Below, piece by piece: positions 43,927 through 55,959 of a stretch of 64,000 bases of DNA (its first letter is position 1; the number at the start of each line of letters is the position of its first letter). The translations under genes were made by a program, and so were the position numbers. Source of the DNA: Eledone cirrhosa (lineage: Eukaryota); assembly GCA_964016885.1 (NCBI GenBank), contig OZ024742.1, positions 46,004,001 to 46,068,000 of the forward strand. The letters are read 5' to 3'. Under the pieces are notes generated by a model that was given only the letters and a program-made list of their open reading frames with translations, was not told the origin of the DNA and ran no database searches.

Positions 43927-44237
43927 TGGACAGATCTTTGGCGCTACACAGTAATATAGAAGACATGCCTTATCTAAGTCCAAAGTGAAACCTCCTACAG
44001 TCAGTAGGCACCTCTCACAAAATACACCCCCGTCCCACTACCGCCACTCCATCCACACCACCCCTTTCAATGTAAAGTTATGTTGGTACCACAACATCCA
44101 GCCCGAAACAAATGAGGGCGTGTAGGTGTCACGACAAAAAAATACACAGTCCACGCTGTAATGTTGCCGTGTAGGTAACATGGTAAAAACCTCTCAGTTC
44201 CACACTGTAAATGTGGTTGGTGTTAGGAAGGGCATCC
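43927..44237 (+). mobile_element. RTE family A 3' fragment lacking tail
   Basis: Colinear with 24376-24690. Confidence 0.8.
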
Positions 44238-44318
44238 GAACACACAATATATATAATATATATATAATATATATATATATAACATATATATATATATATA
44301 ACATCTATATATATATAA

Positions 44319-45490
44319 CATCATCATCATCATCATCAACATTTAACGTCTATCTTCCACGCTAGCATGGGTTTAGACGGGAATTTGTCCTACTTGAGGA
44401 TAAAATTGGTTGGGTGACCATGCCTCACTCGTATGGGGCTGTCTGGCAGGTTTTCTACGGCTGGATGCCATTCCTAACACCAACCATGTTTACTGTGTGG
44501 ACTGGGAGGTTTTTACCATGTTACCTACACGGCCACATTATAGCGTGGACTGTGTGTTTTTTTGTTGTGACACCTACACAACCTTATTTATTTTGGACTG
44601 GATGTTGTGGTACCAACATAACTTTACAGAGAAAGGGTTGTGTTGGTGGGAGTGGGGGGTGGAGTAGGGGTAGTTGGATGGGGTATATATTTGGTTAGGA
44701 GGTGCCTACTGACTGTAGGTTTCGCGTCGTACATAGGTAAGGCGGGTCTTCAGTATTACTGTGTAGCGCCAAAGATCTCGGTCCAGTGACATTGTCTTGG
44801 AGAGGTGTAAGTGTGTGAGGTCGGAATTTATCAAATCGTATCAGATTTTTCTGGGTCTATCTACTCCGTAACTTCCATCAATTTTGATTGCCCTGCACTT
44901 TTTTATCCAACTGTTGTCTTTCATGCGCATCACGTGACCATACCAACGTAATCTTCTTTCAAGTAAACAGCATCTGATCCCTCTTATTCCTAATTTCTCA
45001 CTTAGTTCATTTATGCTTTGCCATTCGCGTATATTACTATTACACATCCAACGGAGCATGCAAGCTTTGTTCCTCTCCAGTCTGTGCAGATTCTCTGCAC
45101 ACAATGCCCATGTCTCACTGCCATGTAACATTTCGTTGTTAATTCTAACCTTGCTGACTGTTTCTTTATACATGGTTTGTATAGCTCTCACAAGCCATTC
45201 ATCAACACCTAGTTGTCTAAGAGCCCACCAGATAATGGGGCGTGGGACTCTGTCAAAAGCTTTCTCCAAGTCAACAAAATCTAAGTATAGGGGTTTACTT
45301 TTAGCTAGGTGCTTCTCCTGTAGTTGTACAAGGAAAAGAGCATCCGTGGTACTTTTACCTGACACAAACCCAAACTGCATTTCATCTAGATCAATTCTCT
45401 CTCTAATTAGTTGCGCTATAACTCTTTCTGTGACCTTCATAACCTGGTCAATCAATTTAATGCCTCTATAGTTTCCCCTATCTAGGGCAT
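44319..45490 (-). mobile_element. RTE family A, 5'-truncated, internal deletion removing YADD and PHD
   Basis: Translation fuses KVRINNE to MLHGSETW. Confidence 0.88.
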
Positions 45491-45495
45491 ACATG

Positions 45496-45577
<82 letters not shown>

Positions 45578-45582
<5 letters not shown>

Positions 45583-48500
45583 TAAAATAACAGATTAAAG
45601 TTTAAGCAAAGAATCGCTGCTTTCACTCTTAACGGGATCTTCTGAAACTAACAAAGTCAAGCTGTGAACGTAGAAGTGAATATTTCAAAAAAACGTTGCA
45701 ACCGGAGGAAGACAGGAAGACGTTACTTTGGTTCGTGGAAACGTTCCCTGGCAAAGAACGGGAAAAAAACGAATATAATACGTCATTATTTGGATCGGCG
45801 CAAAACAATTACACGCAAAGACAAAACCACGCTTATGGTATAAAAGAAGTCGTAGACTAATATTCTATTAGGTGGTTCATACAGACGTTCTCTAGCAATG
45901 AACGGAAAAAACGAAGAAAATACGTCATATGTGGTGCGGGGAGAACAATTGCACGCAAAGACAAAACCATGTAAATGGTATAACTGAAGTCGTAGACAAG
46001 AATTCTAACTAGGAAACCGAATGATTCTTGGCTTCAGATTTAAGAATAAAGTAAATAAAATAGAGGTAATTGAAATTAAATAAATACATACGCGCATCCA
46101 TAAACGTACATACACAAGCATACGCGAAAACACTCCCCATAAGTATACAAATACACGCACGTACACAAAAAACCAAAACAAAAAAAACAAACAAAAAAAA
46201 CCCACACACACTTACAGAACACCTGTACCCGCACGCATACGAATGTATGTACCAAGTACACATAAAATATATATAAAAAAAATATATATATATATGTGTG
46301 TGCGTGTATACATATAATTAAATAAACGTATATAAATAAATAAATAAATACGTATATAACAAGCGCACACACATACCTACATGTAAATACACATATGTTC
46401 GGAGACGTACGTCAACCAAAACACAAAGCACACATATACACACACCCTACATATGTACGAACCCGCATACTCACACAAATGCAAAACTCACGTATACACA
46501 TAACCAAAAGCATATGTACCAGAATATATAATATATACGCCATAACATATACAATCAAATATACGTACGAGAAAGTATACGTACCTTCACAAAACATACA
46601 GGTAATATATACTTACCTATACAAATAAGTAGTGGTATAAACATAACATATACTTAGCTACCACATCAAGATGTAAAATATCCACGTATAGTTCGTACTA
46701 TCCGTTAGGGTATAACGTGGGGCTGTAATACAGGAAAGTTTTGTGCAATTTATATTTACAAGCCGAAATTACCTCAGATTTTTTGTTTAAGATGTGGTCT
46801 TTGGCGTAGAGTATTTCCAGGGCCTCAGCAGCGGCGCAGAGGTCACATGGTCTTTTATTTCCATTATACGATCTAGCCCTAGCTAGGATCTCCCAGTGTA
46901 ACTTATATTGGATGTGGTTGTCTTTTAGACTCCAGATATAAGCTGAAAGTGACGTCATATTCCTTCTTAAAGGGTAACGAAAAGAATGGGTATGCATGTA
47001 AAGATGCTGCTTGAATTTATTGGGTGTTTCAACCTTACATTTGTAGACAATATTACTAGATAGGCATTTCACGGATAGGGGGCAGTCAACCCGATTCCTA
47101 CAATTACAGTTAGTACTAACTACAGGGTTGCACGTGTTTCTACGGCGAGGTAGTTTAGCTAAATTTGAAGCTGTGATGTTATGTGCAAGGTTAGGAGTCG
47201 TAGAGTAAAAAATTTTAATAGTATTTCTATTAAAAATTTTACTATATTTATGTGTAGGGGAAAATGCTTCATAATAAGGGAGAGAAAGTTCTTAGTTAAT
47301 GGTGTGGCCACCTCCATATTATATGGTGGGTTATACCATGTAATGTGTCGGGATCTATTTCTTCTAGGTCTATTCTCGTACTCTGTATATGCTACCTTAT
47401 CGACAAATCCACTCCGAGCAAGAGCTTCATTGTAATATGTGGAATGGTCGTTGAAAATATGCTCATTTGTAGATAGACGGGAAAGCCTCAAAGAAACGTT
47501 TCTTACCAGGTTCTTGGTTATGCTGGCAGGATGGTTAGAATGCTTACTTATGTAATTAAGCGTATCATTCGACTTTCTATACGGGTAATGCAAGCCATTC
47601 GATAAATTGAGGGTAACGTCGAGGTAATTAACGACCGAGAGGTTGGCCTCAACCTGTGTGGAGAGGTTGAAGCCTTTAAAGAAGGCTGTGAGTTCTTTTC
47701 TGGACCTGTCGCAAGCACGTGGGCCGCACTTAGTCATGGTCAAAAGACCATCACGGTACAAACCACCGCCCACGTTGGGGAATTCTTCCTTGATAGAGAA
47801 AAGAAGGTAAAGGCCGATAAGATCAGTAACCTCCACAGAATCGCTGGCGCCCATACTCACGTCGAATGGGGTACTATTAGATTTTTTAATCCAAATAGAG
47901 TCGTCGAAATTAATCACCGACTTACGGACATTGAGGATGACATCAACTTCGAAATCCTTAACCACTGTGAGTGTTTTAGCGAAATTGATAGCTCTAAGGA
48001 GAAGTGGTAAAGTGATAGAGGAGTAGTAATTATTTATGTCGAATTGGATAAAACGGCAATGTTCCTTGTTGCATATGCCGTTGAACCAATGAATCACCGC
48101 GAAAGAATTGTTCCACAGTGCAAGAGGGGCCAAACTTCTAATTTCAGGTATAATTCTATCAAGAATCCTTTTACTAAGTCTACCTAAATCGGACTTCGTA
48201 GGGTTAATAAGCCGAATAGAGGGGTTGTTCGGAAAATTGGATTTGTGATCCTTCAGGGTAAAGTGGGAAGAAATAGGGTCCAGAGGTTCAGTCCGGTCCA
48301 GGATGTTGAGATCAGAGGTGATTTAAAACCCAGCATCGTTGATTTCATTAATGACGCTCCGATTAGTTTTACGGTAATCCTTAGTTACAGGATTATGTAG
48401 CAGTTGATGGTAAGTACTGCGTTCCACTTGATATAGATTGCCAGTTTTCAGCATTAGAATCCTTAATAGAAGGAATTCTATTCTTCAGGTCCTGCTTGAA

Positions 48501-48620
48501 GGAATTTCTCCTATTCCAAAATTTGATACTCCGTATGAGTTCCAAGACATCATTTTCGAAGGGTAGCAATGCTGGGTTACTCAGAGGGTTATTATAGGTT
48601 TTAAACCCAAATTATTATTA
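45578..48620 (-). mobile_element. Penelope-like element (P2 lineage, possibly Hydra clade): RT + C-terminal GIY-YIG + ~1.1-kb 3' region, frameshifted
   Basis: TLKDHKSNF..IRLINPTKSDLG, FIQFDINNYYSSI, FDVSMG, GLYRD(-)GL, NYLDVTLNL, SNHP, WYNPPY, CNC..CP..CL, IVYKC, CDLC, LNKKSE. Confidence 0.87.
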
Positions 48621-48627
48621 TTATTAC

Positions 48628-48674
<47 letters not shown>

Positions 48675-48716
48675 GCGAGTTACGGCTGGCCTTGCCAAAT
48701 TTTAAAAATATAATTT

Positions 48717-49121
48717 GAATTTTATTTCTTGCCCTAGCACAGTTGATACATAAATGTAAGGATGCATGCTCGGTATGTAAACGAGGCTACTCAGTCAATG
48801 TGTACTTAAGAAAATACTATATATTTTCCACTGTTCAACAGACTGGCAGAGGTATATAGTCCTGATGAAGGGTAATGACCCAGAAATATGTTGATTGTTC
48901 CTCAAAGCCTGTGTTGAACAAACAGATGACGATCAGTCACCGGCTCTGCACAGCTTTAAATCAGGTCGTTTGTTTACAAACCAATCGAACACTATTAATA
49001 ATGTTCCATACAACCCATCTCTGTATATGTATGTGTATATATATATATATGTGTATGTGTGTGTGTACATGTGCATACGTTCATTTATGTATCAGCTGTG
49101 CTAGGGCGAGAAATAAAATTC
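48717..49121. mobile_element. 405-bp element bounded by 40-bp inverted repeats and carrying a hammerhead-like motif
   Basis: 48717-48756 versus 49082-49121 reverse complement with 2 mismatches. Confidence 0.7.
48856..48898 (+). ncRNA. Hammerhead-like motif
   Basis: atagtc CTGATGA a gggt-aatg-accc a GAAA tatg TT gattgt; stem I with G-U pairs, extended by gagg/cctc and tgttcaaca/tgttgaaca. Confidence 0.5.
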
Positions 49122-49143
49122 TAATTTTATTGTATATATATAT

Positions 49144-50311
49144 ATCATCATCATCATCATCGTTTAACGTCCATCTTCCACGCTTGCATGGGGTTGGACG
49201 GGAGTTTTCCCACTTGAGGCAAGAGTGGTTGTCTTGCTCACATAGGACTCTCTGGCGGGTTTTCTACGGCTGGATGCCCTTCCTAACACCAACCACGTCT
49301 ACAGTGTGGACTGGGAGGTTTTTACCGTGTTACCTACATGGCCACATTACAGCGTGGACTGTGTATTTTTTTGTTGTGACACCTACACGACCTCATTTGT
49401 TTCGGACTGGATGTTGTGGTACCAACATAACTTTACATTGAAAGGGGTGGTGTGGATGGGGTGGGGGTAGTGGGACGGGGGTGTATTTTGTTAGAGGTGC
49501 CTAATGACTGTAGTAGGTTTCACTTTGTACTTAGGTAAGGCGGGTCTTCAGTATTACTGTGTAGCGCCAAAGATCTCGGTCCAGTGACATTGTCTTGGAG
49601 AGGTGTAAGTGTGTGAGGTCGGAATTTATCAAATCGTATCAGATTTTTCTGGGTCTATCTACTCCGTAACTTCCATCAATTTTGATTGCCCTGCACTTTT
49701 TTATCCAACTGTTGTCTTTCATGCGCATCACGTGACCATACCAACGTAATCTTCTTTCAAGTAAACAGCATCTGATCCCTCTTATTCCTAATTTCTCACT
49801 TAGTTCATTTATGCTTTGCCATTCGCGTATATTACTATTACACATCCAACGGAGCATGCAAGCTTTGTTCCTCTCCAGTCTGTGCAGATTCTCTGCACAC
49901 AATGCCCATATCTCACTGCCATGTAACATTTCGTTGTTAATTCTAACCTTGCTGACTGTTTCTTTATACATGGTTTGTATAGTTCTCACAAGCCATTCAT
50001 CAACACCTAGTTGTCTAAGAGCCCACCAGATAATGGGGCGTGGGACTCTGTCAAAAGCTTTCTCCAAGTCAACAAAATCTAAGTATAGGGGTTTACTTTT
50101 AGCTAGGTGCTTCTCCTGTAGTTGTACAAGGAAAAGAGCATCCGTGGTACTTTTACCTGACACAAACCCAAACTGCATTTCATCTAGATCAATTCTCTCT
50201 CTAATTAGTTGCGCTATAACTCTTTCTGTGACCTTCATAACCTGGTCAATCAATTTAATGCCTCTATAGTTTCCCCTATCTAGGGCATACATACATACAT
50301 ACATACATACA

Positions 50312-50376
<65 letters not shown>

Positions 50377-51745
50377 TAAAATAACAGATTAAAGTTTAAG
50401 CAAAGAATCGCTGCTTTCACTCTTAACGGGATCTTCTGAAACTAACAAAGTCAAGCTGTGAACGTAGAAGTGAATATTTCAAAAAAACGTTGCAACCGGA
50501 GGAAGACAGGAAGACGATACTTTGGTTCGTGGAAACGTTCCCTGGCAAAGAACGGGAAAAAAACGAATATAATACGTCATTATTTGGATCGGCGCAAAAC
50601 AATTACACGCAAAGACAAAACCACGTTTATGGTATAAAAGAAGTCGTAGACTAATATTCTATTAGGTGGTTCATACAGACGTTCTCTGGCAATGAACGGA
50701 AAAAACGAAGAAAATACGTCATATGTGGTGCGGGGAGAACAATTGCACGCAAAGACAAAACCATGTAAATGGTATAACTGAAGTCGTAGACAAGAATTCT
50801 AACTAGGAAACCGAATGATTCTTGGCTTCAGATTTAAGAATAAAGTAAATAAAATAGAGGTAATTGAAATTAAATAAATACATACGCGCATCCATAAACG
50901 TACATACACAAGCATACGCGAAAACACTCCCCATAAGTATACAAATACACGCACGTACACAAAAAACCAAAACAAAAAAACAAACAAAAAAAACCCACAC
51001 ACACTTACAGAACGCCTGTACCCGCACGCATACGAATATATGTACCAAGTACACATAAAATATATATAAAAAAATATATATATATATGTGTGTGCGTGTA
51101 TACATATAATTAAATAAACGTATATAAATAAATAAATAAATACGTATATAACAAGCGCACACACATACCTACATGTAAATACACATATGTTCGGAGACGT
51201 ACGTCAACCAAAACACAAAGCACACATATACACACACCCTACATATGTACGAACCCGCATACTCACACAAATGCAAAACTCACGTATACACATAACCAAA
51301 AGCATATGTACCAGAATATATAATATATACGCCATAACATATACAATCAAATATACGTACGAGAAAGTATACGTACCTTCACAAAACATACAGGTAATAT
51401 ATACTTACCTATACAAATAAGTAGTGGTATAAACATAACATATACTTAGCTACCACATCAAGATGTAAAATATCCACGTATAGTTCGTACTATCCGTTAG
51501 GGTATAACGATCTCGGTCCAGTGACATTGTCTTGGAGAGGTGTAAGTGTGTGAGGTCGGAATTTATCAAGTCATCCCAGGTTTTTCTGGGTCTGCCTATT
51601 CCGTGGCTACCGTCTATTTTTATTGCCCTGCACTTTTTTATACAGCTGTGGTCTTTCATGCGCATCACGTGACCATACCAACGTAGTCTTCTCTCGAGTA
51701 AACAACATCTGATCCCTCTTATTTCTAATTTTTCCCTTAGTTCTA
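49144..51745 (-). mobile_element. RTE family A copy split by a ~1.94-kb duplication of 44774-46717
   Basis: 49144-49571 and 51509-51745 are contiguous RTE sequence; the intervening DNA is near-identical to 44774-46717. Confidence 0.85.
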
Positions 51746-51875
51746 ATTTTTATAACGTATGTTAATTGCTCTAGTCTTCTTTTAGTCCATTGAGCGCTTG
51801 CCGCATATCTCGAAAATTGCGTTTCACTTTGTTTTTGACCACAGCCAAAATACAATCTCGCTGAAATTATATATA

Positions 51876-52206
51876 TCATCATCATTTCATTTTACGTCCG
51901 CTTTTTCCCTGCTTGCAAGGGTGGGACGGGAACTGATTCTGGCTTGATTTCTACAGCTGGATGCCCTTCCCAACACCAATTTCATTTACAGTGAGTGCTG
52001 GGTGCTTTTTTGCCATGGCACCTCCACGACCACTTTACAGTGGAATGATAGGGACCCCAGTCATTTATCATCTCATTTCTACAGCTGAGTAAACTGGAGC
52101 AATGTGAAATAAAGTGTATTGCTCAAGGAAACAACACATCACCCGATCTGAGAATTGAACTCACAACCATTCGATTGCAAGGCCAATACTCTAACCACTA
52201 AGCCAT
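51876..52206 (-). mobile_element. SINE family S2
   Basis: Reverse complement of 36382-36710. Confidence 0.85.
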
Positions 52207-52458
52207 TTACTACTAAAACTCTGTGATTACTTGCTTGCTTACTTGTCTGTAATGTAATACAGCCAAAAGGGTGCGTAATGGGAAAATACTTTGAAAGGAA
52301 GTTGACCCTGAAATGGGAATACAAATGAAATTAAACAAATTTAACGTAAATTGGAGCACGGGTTTTTCTGGGTACCTTCATAAAGAGAGAGAGGGAGAGG
52401 AGAATGGAAGAGAGAGAGAGAGAGCTGGTGGTGTTGTTGTATATATATATATATATAT

Positions 52459-55072
52459 ATCATCATCATCACCGTTTTACGTCCGTTCTTCCACGCTAGC
52501 ATGGGTTAGACGGGTTGTCCTATTGTGGGCAGTAGCTGGTCGGCTGACCATGCCTTGCTCATACAGGAAATGATTCTGGCTTGATTTCTACAGCTGGATG
52601 CCCTTCCTAACACCAACCTCATTTACAGTGAGTGCTGGGTGCTTTTTTTCCGTGGCGCCTACACGTCCATTTTACAGTGTGGGCTAGGTCCTTTTTTGCA
52701 GTGGCACCTCCAAGACAACTTTGCAGTGGGAGGAGGTTGGGGCATATTGTCTATATGCTTCAGCTTTGGCTTGTACCTGTGGGGGGTCGGGTCTTCTCTA
52801 TTACTGTGTGACGCCAGAGGTCACGGTCGTGTGTCAGCGCCTTTGAGAGGTGTAATTGGGTAAGGTCGGCTTTTATCACCTCATTCCAGGTCTTCTTGGG
52901 TCTCCCCACTCCGTGACTTCCATCGACTTCTAGTGCTCTGCACCTATTTATGCAGCTGTCATCCTTCATATGCATCACATGTCCATACCAACGCAACCGC
53001 CTCTCTTGCACACAGCATTTGATTCCTCTTATACTCAGTCTCTCTCTCAATTTGTTTATGCTTTGCCATTTGCGTATATTACTATTACACATCCACCGGA
53101 GCTTCGTTTCTTTCTAATCTATGCAAGTCTTCTACAGACAGCGGCCAGGTCTCACTACCATGTAACATTGCTGTTCGTATATATGCATCATACAGTCTGC
53201 CTTTCATTTTGAAGGAAAAGCCTTTTGCAGCTAGCAGTGGCAGTAACTCCCTGAACTTCTTCCATCCGGTACTTACCCTAGTTATTGTACTTTCCGAACA
53301 CCCACCTCCGCTGCTAATTCAGTCAACTAGGTAGCAGAAGCTGTCTACTGTTTCTACAGAGCCCTCCCAGAGTTTGGTGGTGCTTGTTTCCTGTGGCCGT
53401 TTGCTGCTTGCTGTCCCAGCACAGCTGCTACATGTGAAGCCTACATTCTTAGTTAAGCTTCCTGAGATCCCACTACATCTCCTGTGTACCCATTGTTTGC
53501 ATTTGGAGCAGAGAGTGGAGTTCCTACCTACACCTTTCCTACATACTGAGCAAGGCCATTTCCCTGAGGCGATCTGGGTTCTGTTTTCTCGTCTACTTAC
53601 AAGGACCTTAGTCTTTGTCAGGTTGACTTTGAGACCCTTTCTTTCTAGTCCCTGCTTCCATGTTTGGAATTTCTTCTCTAGTTCTACCATAGATTCAGCT
53701 ATAAGTGTGAGGTCATCTGCATACAGGCGTTCCCATGGGCATCCACTCTTAAACTCCTCCATTGTTGCCTGCAAAACTCTGATGAACAGGAGAGGGCTAA
53801 GAACAGAGCCCTGGTGGACACCGACCTGTATGCTAAATTCCTCGCTATAGTCATTGCTGATCCTAACTTTGCTGACTGCTCCCCTATACATGGCTTGTAC
53901 AGCTTTCACAGGCCATTCATCTACTGCTAGTTTTCTAAGAGCCCACCAGATTATAGAACGGGGAACTCTGTCAAAGGCTTTCTCCTGTTCAACGAATTCC
54001 AAGTAGAGCAGCTTACTTTTAGTTAGGTACTTTTCCTGTAACTGCCCCACAAGGAAGAGGGCATCAGTTGTGCTTTTCCTGACACAAACCCAAATTGCTG
54101 CACCAATACTTTGGTATGACACCTTCTAGTATTACCTGGTTAAGAATACGTGTGGTTATGGTGTGACCTACCGACCCAGATACCTTCAGCATCTCGGCAG
54201 CTATACCCAATGGACCGGTTGCCTTCCCCGTCTTCATATCTTTGATTGCCTTACTTACTACGCTGCTACTGACTTATACTGCTGGCCCCTCTATAGGGTC
54301 TACTTGGGGTAGGGTCTCTTCTTCCCATGCATTCTCCTCATTTGGTAATCTTTCATAATGGCTCTTCCACGCATCTTTCTTCTCAGCACTTGTGAGGGCA
54401 ATCTCACCTTTATCATTCCGGATACACTTCTCGCCAATGACATCATGATTCTCTCTGACACACTGCCTTGCAGTTTTGAACAATTCCTGTTTCTGGTCCT
54501 CACGTTGCAAGACATGCTTGAATTTTCTATCCCCCGCTTCCCTCCTAGCTAAGTATACTTGTCGCCTAGCTTTCCTCCTGGTCTCTATGTAATGTACCCT
54601 GCTTCCACCGTTCTTCCATTCTTTCCATGCCTGTCTCTTAGCCTTAACTGCCTCATCTACCTTATTGTTCCACCACCAAGTCACTCTCCTCCTCCCTGTG
54701 GTCTTACTCCAACCACAGATCTCATCCGTCGCCTCTAGTACGTTATTTTTTAGGAACTCTCAGTGCTCTTCTCCATTGAATTTCTCTATCTGTTCTTCTT
54801 TACTGCCATAGGCGTCGAGTAAAATATCTTTAAATCTGTTACTGGCTGAGGAATCTTTCAACTTCCAGATCTTTTTTCTCGAGGTTCGTCTAGTTCTGAC
54901 CGTGAGGTCGCTGACAACTAAGTTATGTTGAGAGGTACATTCCTCACTAGGGAAGGCTTTTGTGTTTACGGCTGTCCATCTGTCACGTCCTCTGATGAGG
55001 ATGAAATCTATCTGACTAGAATGCTCCCCTGATCTATAGTTGATCAGATGGTTGTCGGGTTTTTTTGAATTT
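52459..55072 (-). mobile_element. RTE family B, decayed and 5'-truncated
   Basis: Colinear with 28822-31610, with stops, frameshifts and deletions. Confidence 0.9.
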
Positions 55073-55104
55073 TGTATATCATCATCATCATATATATATA
55101 CATT

Positions 55105-55483
55105 TCATCATCATCATCATCATCGTTTAACGTCCATGTTCCACGCTTGCATGGGTTTGGACGGGAGTTTTCCCACTTGAGGCAAGAGTGGTTGTCTTGC
55201 TCGCATAGGACTGTCTGGCGGGTTTTCTACGGCTGGATGCCCTTCCTAACACCAACCACGTTTACAGTGTGGGACTGGGAGGTTTTTACCGTGTTGCCTA
55301 CACTGCCACATTACAGCGTGGACTGTGTGTTTTTTTGTCGTGACACCACCTACACGATCTCATTTGTTTCGGCCTGGATGTAGTGGCACCAACATAACTT
55401 TACATTGAAAGGGGCGGTGTGGATGGGGTGGGGGTAGTGGGACGAGGGTGTATTTTGTTAGAGATGCCTACTGACTGTAGTAG
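55105..55483 (-). mobile_element. RTE family A 3' UTR only
   Basis: Colinear with 39728-40100. Confidence 0.85.
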
Positions 55484-55959
55484 TACATACACACACCATC
55501 CACCGCCACCACCACCACCATCACCATCACTGACACAATCCACCACTACCATCACCAGCGATCAGGCCGAAGAAAACAACTATAATAATAGTAATATGTA
55601 TAAATGTTCTTGGCACGGGGCAGCGATTGTCCAAGCGCATTGCTGGTGCCTTGTTTTGGGGCCCGGAGAGTGGAGGGCCGTTGCACTATGCTGTAAAGCA
55701 AACAATTATTATTATCATATAAAAGCTGAACTGTAAAAGTCAACAGTTGACATGATCTTGTATCAGTACTGACGGTAATATGTGTATGTGTGTGTGTGAG
55801 TGGCGTGTGTGTGTGTGTGTGTATGTGTGTGTGTATGTGTGTATGCCTGAGTGTTGGTGTGTGAGTAGTGTGTGTGTTTGTATGCATGAGATTTGGTGTG
55901 TGTGTGTGTGCCGTGAGTGTCAATAAGTGGTGTTTTTGTTTTTTTTAAGACCAGGCTGT

